In this document: positions 39,326-48,274 of the stretch, piece after piece
Position numbering within the stretch: position 1 is the first letter of the stretch
How the letters are laid out: the number at the start of each line of letters is the position of its first letter
Assembly: GCA_050250895.1 (NCBI GenBank)
Contig: JBFWNU010000001.1
Coordinates: forward strand, 2,692,891-2,756,890
DNA length: 64,000 nt
Direction: 5' to 3'
Source: Vulcanimicrobiota bacterium
GTDB taxonomy: Bacteria; Vulcanimicrobiota; Xenobia; Xenobiales; JADMJV01
The notes under the pieces: model-generated
What the model saw: only the letters and a program-made list of their open reading frames with translations
Told to the model about the DNA's origin: nothing
Database searches by the model: none
Program-made: the position numbers and the translations under genes

Positions 39326-40473
39326 CAGGACTTCTTGCTACGAGATCCGCGGCGGCGCTTGCGTTTGCCCTTTCCGGCCCCGGCCCCGACGGCTTCGAGT
39401 TCGTCCGCTTCCTCGTCTTCGTCTTCGCTATCGTCGTCAGCCGCCACGGCCGGACCGGCGCTGGCAGGCTCGGTGCTGGCCTTGACCCGCTTGTCGATCT
39501 CGACGAGCACCGGCGACGCGACGCAGATACTGGAGTAGGCTCCCGAACCGATGCCGACCAGCAGGGCGAAGGCGAAGTCTCTGAGGGTCGAGCCGCCGAA
39601 GTAGTAAATGCCGATCAGCGTCACCAGCGTGGTCAGGGTGGTATTGATGGAGCGGGTCATGGTCTGGTTGACCGATTCGTTGACCAGCTTGTCGAACGGA
39701 ACGTGGCGACGCAGCTGAACGTTCTCACGGATACGGTCGAAGATGACCACCGAGTCCATCACCGAGTAGCCGACGACCGTCAGCAGGGCAGCTACGAAGG
39801 GCGAATCGACCTCGCGGCCGGCCAGGCTGTAGATGCCCACCATGATGATGACGTCGTGGACCAGGGCTACGTCGGCAGCCACCCCGTAACGCATCTGGCT
39901 GCCGAAGCGAATGAAGATGTAGACCAGTTGTAGGACCAGGGCCAGCACCACGGCGAGCACGGCGTTGCGGGCCAACTCGCCCGAGATGGTGGGGCCGATA
40001 CTGGCGATGCGCAGCTCTTTGAGCGTGCCCAGTTGCTGGCTCAGGTGGTCGAACAGCGCTTTGGCTTCCTCGGTGGCCAGCGGCTGGCCGCCTTCTTTGC
40101 TGACCCGAACCAGAACCTTTTGATACTGGGTCGGCTCGCCCTCGGCGGCGGCCTGGTCCTCGACCATTCCCGCTCCGACCTGCACGGTGGTGCCACCGAT
40201 GCCTTCAAAGCCTTTGAGGGCCTGGCGCACTTCGTCGGGAGTGACCTGCTTGTAAGAACCGGCTTCGATGATGGTGCCGCCGGTAAAATCGAGGCCCCAG
40301 TTGAGACCGCGGGTCGCCAGCGAGCCGAGCGCGACCAGCAAAATCACGGCGCTGATGCCGAAGAAGATATGGCGGGAGCCCACCAGGTCGTACTGACGGG
40401 TCTTGAAGGTCTGGCCCCAGGCCACCAGGCCAATGAGGGCTACGATCCAGAAGATAAGGCTGATGTATTCCAT
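39325..40473 (-). CDS. secF: Protein translocase subunit SecF
   Basis: GLNWGLDFTGGT, IGPTISGEL, ALVHDV, VGYSVMDSVVIFDRIREN, QTMTRSINTT. Confidence 0.95.
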   Translation of the reverse strand: MEYISLIFWIVALIGLVAWGQTFKTRQYDLVGSRHIFFGISAVILLVALGSLATRGLNWGLDFTGGTIIEAGSYKQVTPDEVRQALKGFEGIGGTTVQVGAGMVEDQAAAEGEPTQYQKVLVRVSKEGGQPLATEEAKALFDHLSQQLGTLKELRIASIGPTISGELARNAVLAVVLALVLQLVYIFIRFGSQMRYGVAADVALVHDVIIMVGIYSLAGREVDSPFVAALLTVVGYSVMDSVVIFDRIRENVQLRRHVPFDKLVNESVNQTMTRSINTTLTTLVTLIGIYYFGGSTLRDFAFALLVGIGSGAYSSICVASPVLVEIDKRVKASTEPASAGPAVAADDDSEDEDEEADELEAVGAGAGKGKRKRRRGSRSKKS

Positions 40474-40482
40474 GGCGATTCC

Positions 40483-41751
40483 CTAACCCCCGTAGAGGCC
40501 TTTGCCCTGGATGCCGAGGGTCGACATGCAGAACATCAAGAAGTGTTTGGTCACGAAGATGGCCGTGATCATGCTCCAGGCCGTTCCCAGCATCAGCGTC
40601 AGGCCGAAACCCTTGATGCTGGCCGAACCCAGCCAGAACAGAATGGCCGCACCCATGAAGGTGGTCACGTGGCCGTCGAGGATGGAGGAGAAGGCCTTTT
40701 CGAAGCCCAGGTCCACCGCCAGCGACAGCGATTTCCCTTTGTGCATCTCTTCTCGGATGCGCTCGAAGATGAGCACGTTGGCGTCGACCGCCATACCGAT
40801 GGAGAGAATAAAGCCGGCGATCCCGGGCAGCGTGAGCACGAACTTCAGACCGGGGATGTTCATGCTGGCCAGCACGATCAGGGCGTAGACGATCAGGGCG
40901 GCCCCGGCCACCACGCCCAGCATGCGATAGTAGAACAGCATGTAGATCAACACCAGCAGCAGGCCGCAGGCGCCGGCCCTCAGGCTGCTACGCAGTGACT
41001 CGGCTCCGAGCGTGGGGCTGACCGTGTAGCTCTCGAGGATGGTCACGTCAACCGGCAGAGCGCCGGCGTTAAGATAGTTGGCCAGTTCCAGCGCCGACTC
41101 TTTGGTGAACGAACCGTGAATATAACCCGAACCCCCGGTGATGGGTTCGTTGACGTTGGGAGCGCTGATTTCCTCGCCGTCGAAGAAGATGCCCAGCGGC
41201 TTGCCGGTCAGTTCCTTGGTCAGGTCGGCGAACTTGCGCGTGCCTTCACTGGTCATCTCGAAGTCGATCCGCCAGCTCTGGCTGCCACCCATCGAATCCA
41301 GCGACGCCCAGGCCCGCTTGACGGCGCTGCCGTCGAGGCGAGTCGTCCATTTGGCCTCACCGGTCGAGGGGTCGTATTCTTGCTCTTTGAACTCGAGCCG
41401 GCCGGCCTTTTTGACCATCTTCTCGGCTTCAGCCAGGTCGGTAACCTCGGGGATCTCGATGATGAGGCGGTTGAGCCCCTCGGGCGTAATCACCACTTCT
41501 CGGTTGCCATCGGGGTCAAGGCGTTTGCGAAAAACCTGCATCGAGCGCTCTTGAACATCTTGAGTGATCTTGATGACGTTACCGTCGGGATCGGTGATCT
41601 CGTGGAGTTCGACTGCGATGTGCGAACCCGACCGCAGGTCGAGACCGAGTTGAATCAGAAATTTATTGGTGTTGAAATCGTATATCAGATAGATGCACAG
41701 GGCGCAAACCGCCAGGATGCCGACTATCGTTGCGTGATTTTGCCACTTCAT
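40483..41751 (-). CDS. secD: Protein translocase subunit SecD
   Basis: LGLDLRSGS, NAGALPV, VSPTLG, LTLPGIAGFILSIGMAVDANVLIFERIREE. Confidence 0.95.
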   Translation of the reverse strand: MKWQNHATIVGILAVCALCIYLIYDFNTNKFLIQLGLDLRSGSHIAVELHEITDPDGNVIKITQDVQERSMQVFRKRLDPDGNREVVITPEGLNRLIIEIPEVTDLAEAEKMVKKAGRLEFKEQEYDPSTGEAKWTTRLDGSAVKRAWASLDSMGGSQSWRIDFEMTSEGTRKFADLTKELTGKPLGIFFDGEEISAPNVNEPITGGSGYIHGSFTKESALELANYLNAGALPVDVTILESYTVSPTLGAESLRSSLRAGACGLLLVLIYMLFYYRMLGVVAGAALIVYALIVLASMNIPGLKFVLTLPGIAGFILSIGMAVDANVLIFERIREEMHKGKSLSLAVDLGFEKAFSSILDGHVTTFMGAAILFWLGSASIKGFGLTLMLGTAWSMITAIFVTKHFLMFCMSTLGIQGKGLYGG

Positions 41752-42079
41752 GGGGCTACTACCTTTCCCCGCTCACCGGGTCAGTGGGCCTTTTTTACCC
41801 CGCAAAGCCGCGTGGGTAAACCGGCCGTGGAGCGGCAGTGCCTTCTAAGTTGAATTTGGCTCTCCTTCCGAGCAAGCGTTCTTTTTGGAGGAGGGGTAGC
41901 TGGCTGAGCGAATCGCCAGGGTTATGAAAAGCATCCTGCGATGTTGGCTCAGCCTTTCGCTCTTTCTGCCGGCCGCCGCCGAGTTGCCCAAGAATCTTGA
42001 CGACCTGAAGACTCTGCACGCCGAGCGGGGGACCTTCAAGTAGCCGGTTTGGGCGAAGCTGCCCACCCTGTCCGAAAGG

Positions 42080-42088
42080 TGGTATAAT
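42080..42088 (+). promoter_or_regulatory. Extended -10 promoter element upstream of the TPR gene
   Basis: TGGTATAAT (TGn-TATAAT) about 35 nt upstream of ATG 42124. Confidence 0.45.
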
Positions 42089-42123
42089 GTTAGGTGCCAT
42101 GACATGCACCCCCGAGGCCCTCG

Positions 42124-43407
42124 ATGAGTAGAGAAGGTGAGCAGCTGGCCGAGCTTCTGACGACCTTTATCACCAAGCCCGGCAGCCGTCGCGAGATTCT
42201 CGCTGAAGTCACGCCCACCCAGCGCCAGGCTCTGCTCGAGGAGTTGCTGGCGCATCACGACGTGATGGTGGCCGAGGGGCAGCGCGGGGCAGCCCACGAA
42301 TTGCTCTATCTGGGCAGCCGGGTGGCTGGTGACGACCCCGAACTCTTTTACCGGCTCGAGCGCAAACGCATTGGCTGGCTCGACTCTCAGGGCCTGGGTG
42401 GCAAGGCCATCGAGGCCATGCGAAGCCTATTCAAGACCTATCAGCGCAGCAAGACCAAGGCCTTGCGCGGAGCCGAACTGGCCATGGAGCTGGGCATCCT
42501 GCTCGACCGGAGCGGCAGCAAGGAAGAAGCGCTCAAGCTGTTTCGCAGCGCCATCGACCGCTACACCCGCATGGATCACGCCTACAACAAAGCGGCCGCC
42601 TGGTTCAACGTGGCCTCGGTGTTGTACGACCTGGGCCGCATTCAGGCTTCCATCAAAGCCTGTCGGCGCTCACTCAAAGAAGGAGGCTCCGGCCACCTTG
42701 ACCTGGAGACGCACGTCAGCTTGCAGTTGGCGAACTCGTACGAGTCCGACGGCAACGAAGACAGGGCCGAAGAGTTTTATCGTTGCGCGGCCGACGGCTA
42801 TGGCCGGCTGGGCAACCGCCGTCAAGAGAGCAACATCCTCTACCGCCTGGGGTGGATGGCCGTCAAGGAAGAGCGATTCGAAGAAGCCAACCTGTTTCTC
42901 GAGCGGGCCCTCGAGCTAAAGCGCGAGCACGACTACGGCACTGGTCTGGCTTATTACCACTTCCACCTGGCGCTGGGTTACCGCTCGGCCGGCCTGTCCG
43001 AATCGGCCAGCAAGCACTTTCGCCACGCCCTGGCCCTGGCCTCGGCCGTGGGCAATAGCAGCCTCTCCAAGCGAGCCCGCTTCGGTCTCTATCGCCTGGC
43101 TCAGGGCGATGGACGACCGCTCACCGAGTATCTGCGGGCCAAAGCCCCAGGCGGGGGACGTGAGGCCCTGCAGCGAGGCAAGAACGGTCTCTACAGCGAT
43201 CAGGCTCGCGACGGCTACCGCACCAACGTGTGGCGCGAGACGCCTGAGGCTCCCATCCGTGACCGAACCTTCCTGGCGCGCCTGCTCGAAGACCTGTCCA
43301 AGGTCTGGCACAGCACCGGTGTCAAAGGACACGAGAAATTGCGCCGGCAGGGCCGAGCGGTGCTGGCCTGGCAAGCGCGCGTCAAGGGCGGACGCAACCT
43401 CCACTAG
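42124..43407 (+). CDS. Tetratricopeptide-repeat protein
   Basis: Repeated helical motifs (AWFNVASVLYDLG, NILYRLGWMA...FEEANLFLERALEL). Confidence 0.8.
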   Translation: MSREGEQLAELLTTFITKPGSRREILAEVTPTQRQALLEELLAHHDVMVAEGQRGAAHELLYLGSRVAGDDPELFYRLERKRIGWLDSQGLGGKAIEAMRSLFKTYQRSKTKALRGAELAMELGILLDRSGSKEEALKLFRSAIDRYTRMDHAYNKAAAWFNVASVLYDLGRIQASIKACRRSLKEGGSGHLDLETHVSLQLANSYESDGNEDRAEEFYRCAADGYGRLGNRRQESNILYRLGWMAVKEERFEEANLFLERALELKREHDYGTGLAYYHFHLALGYRSAGLSESASKHFRHALALASAVGNSSLSKRARFGLYRLAQGDGRPLTEYLRAKAPGGGREALQRGKNGLYSDQARDGYRTNVWRETPEAPIRDRTFLARLLEDLSKVWHSTGVKGHEKLRRQGRAVLAWQARVKGGRNLH

Positions 43408-43443
43408 GCAGGGCTCGCGCCGTTCTCTCGCCAAAGCCCCCGC

Positions 43444-44115
43444 ATGAAAAAGCTATTCTTTCTCTTACCCCTTCTGCTCGTTTCTCTCAACGCCCTGGCC
43501 GAGGTGCGGGCAGTGCCGTTGCTGGCTCTACGCAGTCAGTGGGCGGGTTTCGAGAACACCATCTGGATGGAGCAACGGGCTCGCATCGGAGGCGAGCCGG
43601 TGACCGGCTACATCCAGGGCGTGGGTGGCCGCGACGACGCCATCATGGGCTTTGCCCTGGAGCAGGACTGGGACCTGCTCGAGGCCACCATCGGCTATCT
43701 CGATGGCACCCCCGAGGGCAAGAGCTGCATTTTCGAGGTGGAGGGCAACGGCCAGGTCCTCTACACCTCGGGCACCATCCAGAGCGGTCAGCCCCCCGAG
43801 GTCATTCGCGTACCGCTGCTCAAAGCGCGCCGGCTGATTTTGCGGATCCACTCCGACAAATACAACCAGACGGCCGGGGCAGCCTGGGGAGCGCCCACTG
43901 TTTCCACCGGCGTCAAATTGGACGATCTCAAAACCGAGATGACCATCGACATCAACGGCAAACGAACCCGCGTCAACCCCCCCGGGGGCAATCCGCCCGC
44001 CGAACTCAACGTGCCTATTCCGCTCAAAGCAGGCCCTCACACCTATCGCGTCCAGGTCAACTATGACAAAGAAGGTCGCAAGGTCAATGTTGTCACAGCG
44101 GAGCTAGAAGACTGA
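43444..44115 (+). CDS. Exported NPCBM/NEW2-like domain protein
   Basis: Signal peptide MKKLFFLLPLLLVSLNALA; ATIGYLD...IFEVEGNGQVLYTSG...VPLLKARRLILR...AAWGAP. Confidence 0.7.
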   Translation: MKKLFFLLPLLLVSLNALAEVRAVPLLALRSQWAGFENTIWMEQRARIGGEPVTGYIQGVGGRDDAIMGFALEQDWDLLEATIGYLDGTPEGKSCIFEVEGNGQVLYTSGTIQSGQPPEVIRVPLLKARRLILRIHSDKYNQTAGAAWGAPTVSTGVKLDDLKTEMTIDINGKRTRVNPPGGNPPAELNVPIPLKAGPHTYRVQVNYDKEGRKVNVVTAELED

Positions 44116-44969
44116 GCGAGATTCGTGTCGAGTTATCGGCCGTCATCCTGGCGGTAGCCGACAACCAGCCCAGGGTCCTGACCGTCGGCGAGGCTGCCCT
44201 GCCTACCGGACCTCTGCTGGCTGCCCAGGATCGGACCCTGGACCTGGCCCTGCGACGCCTGGTCAGCGAGCAGCTTGAGCGCGAGATGGGCTATGTCGAG
44301 CAACTCTACACCTTCGGCGACCTGTCACGCGACCCGCAGGTCCAAGGTCGCCTGCTGTCGGTAGCCTATCTGGCCCTGGCCCGCGAAGAGGACCACCCGG
44401 GCTCGCGTTCGGTCTATCAGTTCTTCCCATGGGAGGATTGGCGCCACGGTACGCCTTCCTGCCTTTCTGCTTTGACTGAGGCTTTGCGGCACTGGGCCGG
44501 CGCCCACCCCGAGCGCCTCACCCGCATTCGAATCTGCTTTGGCCTCGACGGTGCTCCATACAACGGCGAGCGCGTGCTCGAGCGTTTCGAGTTGCTGTAT
44601 GAGGTCGGCCTGGTAGAGGAGTCGTCAGGCCTGGCGGGCCTGGGCCAGCCCATGGCCCTCGACCACCGGCGCATCCTGGCCACCGCCCTGACCCGGCTGC
44701 GCGGCAAGATTCGCTACCGTCCGGTGGTCTTCGAGCTGCTCCCCCAGAAATTCACCTTGCTGCGCCTCCAACGCACGGTGGAAGCGCTGGCTGGCGTCAC
44801 CCTCCACAAGCAAAACTTCCGACGCCTGGTCGAGCATCAGGGCCTGGTGGAAGGAACGGGCCAGGTGGCCCAACAGCAACGCGGCCGCCCCGCCGAGCTT
44901 TTCTGCTTTCGCAGCGACGTCCTCACGGAACGCCCTGCCCCCGGCGTCGGCCTGCCCACCCGCGGTTAG
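44112..44969 (+). CDS. NadQ/NrtR-family Nudix-like transcriptional regulator of NAD synthesis
   Basis: VEQLYTFGD, FFPWEDWR, ERVLERFELLYE, DHRRILATALTRLRGKIRYRPVVFELLP..FTL..LQ, HKQNFRR, GRPAELF. The frame extends 5' of ATG 44286 to CTG 44112. Directly upstream of nadABC. Confidence 0.85.
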   Translation: MSEIRVELSAVILAVADNQPRVLTVGEAALPTGPLLAAQDRTLDLALRRLVSEQLEREMGYVEQLYTFGDLSRDPQVQGRLLSVAYLALAREEDHPGSRSVYQFFPWEDWRHGTPSCLSALTEALRHWAGAHPERLTRIRICFGLDGAPYNGERVLERFELLYEVGLVEESSGLAGLGQPMALDHRRILATALTRLRGKIRYRPVVFELLPQKFTLLRLQRTVEALAGVTLHKQNFRRLVEHQGLVEGTGQVAQQQRGRPAELFCFRSDVLTERPAPGVGLPTRG

Positions 44970-45747
44970 CGGCGGGCCTTTGGCCGCTGAGATGGGAGCG
45001 GCGGGCCCGAGAGGGGAGCAGCGGCTGCGCCGCTGAGGGGGGAGCAGCGGGCCTTTGGCCCGAGAGGGGAGCAGCGGCTGCGCCGCTGAGATGGGAGCCG
45101 GCCTGCGGCCGGAGATGGGAGCGCTATCTCGCTTAGGCTCGATAGCGAGGTGGGAGCAGCGGCTGCGCCGCTGAGGGGGGAGCCGGCCTTCGGCCGGAGA
45201 TGGGAGCAGCGGGCCTTTGGCCCGAGATGGAAGCAGCGGCTGCGCCGCTGAGGGGGGAGCCGGCCTTCGGCCGGAGATGGGAGCGCTATCTCGCTTAGGC
45301 TCGATAGCGAGGTGGGAGCAGCGGGTGCGCCACTGAGGGGAGCCGGCCTTCGGCGGCTCGGCGTTGCTCGGCCTGCCTACACTGCCGAAGGATTGCGACG
45401 CGAAGCGTCGAGTAACTCCAATCTCGAGCCGTAGCGCAGCGAAGGCTCGCTCCTCTCTCCGCGCAGCGGCTCCCCTCTCGATGACGCAGTCATCGCTCCT
45501 TTCTCCGCGCAGCGGCTCCCCTCTCGATGACGAAGTCATCGCTCCTCTCTCCGCGCAGCGGCTCCCCTCTCGATGACGCAGTCATCGCTCCTCTCTCCGC
45601 GCAGCGGCTCCCCTCTCGATGACGCAGTCATCGCTCCTCTCTCCGCGCAGCGGCTCCCTTCTCGCGAAGCGCTCCCTTCTCGCGAAGCGCTCCCTTCTCG
45701 CGAAGCGCTCCCTTCTCGCGAAGCGCTCCTCTCCGCGCAGCGGCTCC
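44970..45747. repeat. REP-like hairpin cluster with 46-bp x4 and 18-bp x4 tandem arrays
   Basis: GGGAGC/hairpin units 44970-45360. 46-bp unit GCTCCTCTCTCCGCGCAGCGGCTCCCCTCTCGATGACGCAGTCATC at 45449, 45495, 45541, 45587. 18-bp unit GCTCCCTTCTCGCGAAGC at 45653, 45671, 45689, 45707. Confidence 0.9.
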
Positions 45748-45776
45748 TTGACAATCTTTGTGCTCAGGTGTAGTAT
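45748..45776 (+). promoter_or_regulatory. Sigma70 promoter of the nadABC operon
   Basis: TTGACA (45748-45753), 17-nt spacer, TAGTAT (45771-45776). Confidence 0.8.
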
Positions 45777-45787
45777 TATTGGTGAAT

Positions 45788-45808
45788 AAATACTCAATTT
45801 GAGTATAA
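45788..45808. promoter_or_regulatory. NadQ-type palindromic operator
   Basis: AAATACTCAATTTGAGTATAA (inverted repeat ATACTCA-N3-TGAGTAT) between the promoter and the AGGAGG RBS of nadA; fits the described ttATRCTCannnTGAGYATaa NadQ motif. Confidence 0.85.
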
Positions 45809-45825
45809 ATAGGAGGCAAAAAACG

Positions 45826-46800
45826 ATGGCCACTGCCGTGTATGATAAGGTGAAGCACCTGATTCCCGAGTTCGAATGGCGGTTGCATCAGCCACTGATC
45901 GAGCGCATCCAGCAGCTCAAGCAGCAGCGCAACGCCGTGTTGCTGGCCCATAATTACCAGACTCCCGAGATCTATCACGGTGTGGCCGACTACACCGGCG
46001 ACTCGTTGGGTCTGGCTCAAGAAGCTGCGCGCTGCCAGGCCGACGTGATTGTCTTCTGCGGAGTCCACTTTATGGCCGAGACGGCCAAGCTGCTTAATCC
46101 TGAGAAGACCGTGCTGATTCCCGACCCCCGAGCGGGCTGCTCGCTGGCCGAGTCGATCACGGCCGAGGATGTTCGTCGGCTCAAGGCCCGGTATCCGGGC
46201 GTGCCGGTGGTCTGCTATGTGAACACCTCGGCGGCCGTCAAGGCCGAGTGCGATGTGAGTTGCACCTCGTCTAACGCCGTAACCGTGGTAGAGTCGCTAA
46301 AGGCCCCGCGGGTCATCTTCCTGCCCGACCGCTATCTGGCTGCTTATGTGGCCAGTCAGACCAGCGTCGAGATCATCCCCTGGGAAGGCAGTTGCATGGT
46401 CCATGAGCAGTTTACCCCCGAGCAGGTCCAGGCCTATCGTGACCAGTTTCCGGGGGTGCACATCCTGGCCCATCCCGAATGCCCGCCCGACGTGTTGGCG
46501 GCCGCCGACCAGGTTGGGTCGACGGCCGGGATGGTCAACTATGTGCGCACCCACCGCCCGCCCCGAGTGGCTTTGATTACCGAATGTTCGATGAGTGACA
46601 ACGTGGCGGCCGAGTTCCCCGAACTCGAGTTCGTCAGGCCCTGCACGATGTGCCCGCACATGAAAAAGATCACTCTCGCCAAGATCGTGCGCTCTCTCGA
46701 AGAGATGACCTTCGAGGTGACCGTGCCCGAGAATGTGGCCGCTCGGGCCCGGAAGAATGTCGAGCGAATGCTGGCCATCGGTCGCGGCGAGGGCCGCTAA
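45826..46800 (+). CDS. nadA: Quinolinate synthase
   Basis: LAHNYQ, FCGVHFMAETAK, AGCSLA, YVNTSAAVKA, CMVHE, AHPEC, CPHMK. Confidence 0.97.
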   Translation: MATAVYDKVKHLIPEFEWRLHQPLIERIQQLKQQRNAVLLAHNYQTPEIYHGVADYTGDSLGLAQEAARCQADVIVFCGVHFMAETAKLLNPEKTVLIPDPRAGCSLAESITAEDVRRLKARYPGVPVVCYVNTSAAVKAECDVSCTSSNAVTVVESLKAPRVIFLPDRYLAAYVASQTSVEIIPWEGSCMVHEQFTPEQVQAYRDQFPGVHILAHPECPPDVLAAADQVGSTAGMVNYVRTHRPPRVALITECSMSDNVAAEFPELEFVRPCTMCPHMKKITLAKIVRSLEEMTFEVTVPENVAARARKNVERMLAIGRGEGR

Positions 46801-46810
46801 AGGAGGCGTC

Positions 46811-48274
46811 ATGCGTATCCAGGATAGCGATGTGGTCATTGTTGGCGGCGGGCTGGCCGGTTTGGCCGCGGCTCTTCGTCTGGGCCCCGGGGTGACGGTA
46901 CTCACTCGGGGCGCGTTTGCCCACGACGGTTCGAGCAATCTAGCTCAAGGCGGCGTGGCCGTGGCCCTGGGTCAGGGCGACGACCCGGGTTCTCACGCTC
47001 TGGACACCCTGGCGGTGGGGGGCGGGCTCAACAACCACGAGGCCGTACGTCTGCTGACCGAAGAAGGCCCCTCGCGGGTGCTCGAGTTGCTGGCTTGTGG
47101 CGTGGCTTTCGACCGCCAACCCGACGGCAGTTTGGCTCTTGGGCGCGAGGCCGCCCATAGCCATCGTCGCATCGTTCACGCCGGCGACGGCACCGGGGCC
47201 GAGCTGATGCGAGTTCTGGCCCACCACGTTGGTCGAGGCCCGGCTCGTGTCGAAGAGTACGCCACCGCCTTGCAGGTGGTCGAGCACGAGGGTCGTGTTG
47301 CCGGGGTGGTGGCCCGCCAACGGGGCCAACTGGTGTTTTACCGGGCTCCGGCCGTGGTGCTGGCGACCGGGGGCCTGGGCGGGCTCTATCGTTACACCAC
47401 CAACCCGCTCGGTTCGGTGGGAGACGGCCTGGTGATGGCCCTCGAGGCCGGGGCGCGCTTGACCGACCTCGAGTTCGTTCAGTTTCATCCCACCGCCCTG
47501 GTGGCCGCCAACGATCCCTTGCCGCTCTTGACTGAAGCCCTGCGCGGCGATGGGGCGAAGTTGGTGGACGAGACCGGAAAGCCTTTCTGTGACCCCCTCC
47601 AGGCGCGCGATGTGGTGGCCCGGGCGATTTGGTTTCACCGCGAGGCCGGCCACCCCGTCTTTCTTGACCTGCGACCCGTGCCCGACCTGCGGCGCTTTCC
47701 CGGGGCCGTGGCTCGCTGCCGAGCCGAGGGTTTCGACCCCTATACCGAGCCCGTGCCGGTAACCCCGGCCGCTCATTATCACATGGGAGGCATCGCTGTG
47801 GACGCCCACGGTCGTTCCAGTCTCGCGGGACTTTGGGCCTGCGGCGAGGTGGCCGCCACCGGCGTCCACGGCGCCAACCGGCTGGCCAGCAACTCGCTGC
47901 TCGAGGCTCTGGTCTTCGGGCACCGGGTGGCTGAAGACATTCTGGCCGCCGACCTGGTAGCCCCCCGGCGACTGCAGCCGCGTCTGCGACCTCGATGGGA
48001 GCTTGAAGCCCATCAGTTCGAGGCTCTGCGCCGACGCATGTGGTCCCACGTCGGATTGGTGCGAAGCCAGGCCGGGCTGGAAGAGACTCTGGACTGGTTG
48101 GCGGCTCTGCCGCCAGCCGGTCCGGTCAAGCTGGCCCAATTGATGACCCGGGCCGCCCTGGCTCGCGGCGAAAGTCGCGGAGCCCACTATCGCAGCGACT
48201 ATCCCGAGACCAAACCCGGATGGCGACGCCATCTCGACTTCGAACTCGAGGCGGCCGAAAGGATGGCATCATGA
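46811..48274 (+). CDS. nadB: L-aspartate oxidase
   Basis: VGGGLAGL, SNLAQGGVA, EAAHSHRRIVH, EFVQFHPT, AHYHMGG, GVHGANRLASNSLLE, ESRGAHYRSDYP. Confidence 0.96.
   Translation: MRIQDSDVVIVGGGLAGLAAALRLGPGVTVLTRGAFAHDGSSNLAQGGVAVALGQGDDPGSHALDTLAVGGGLNNHEAVRLLTEEGPSRVLELLACGVAFDRQPDGSLALGREAAHSHRRIVHAGDGTGAELMRVLAHHVGRGPARVEEYATALQVVEHEGRVAGVVARQRGQLVFYRAPAVVLATGGLGGLYRYTTNPLGSVGDGLVMALEAGARLTDLEFVQFHPTALVAANDPLPLLTEALRGDGAKLVDETGKPFCDPLQARDVVARAIWFHREAGHPVFLDLRPVPDLRRFPGAVARCRAEGFDPYTEPVPVTPAAHYHMGGIAVDAHGRSSLAGLWACGEVAATGVHGANRLASNSLLEALVFGHRVAEDILAADLVAPRRLQPRLRPRWELEAHQFEALRRRMWSHVGLVRSQAGLEETLDWLAALPPAGPVKLAQLMTRAALARGESRGAHYRSDYPETKPGWRRHLDFELEAAERMAS

Noticed and set aside
45449-45724. 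Regular 46-bp and 18-bp arrays as a CRISPR array
   Set aside because: Units are head-to-tail with no unique spacers, and no cas genes are present.
44625-46068. Repeat-containing ORFs (REGSAS and ARRERF repeats)
   Set aside because: Artefacts of the 18-bp and 46-bp DNA repeats.
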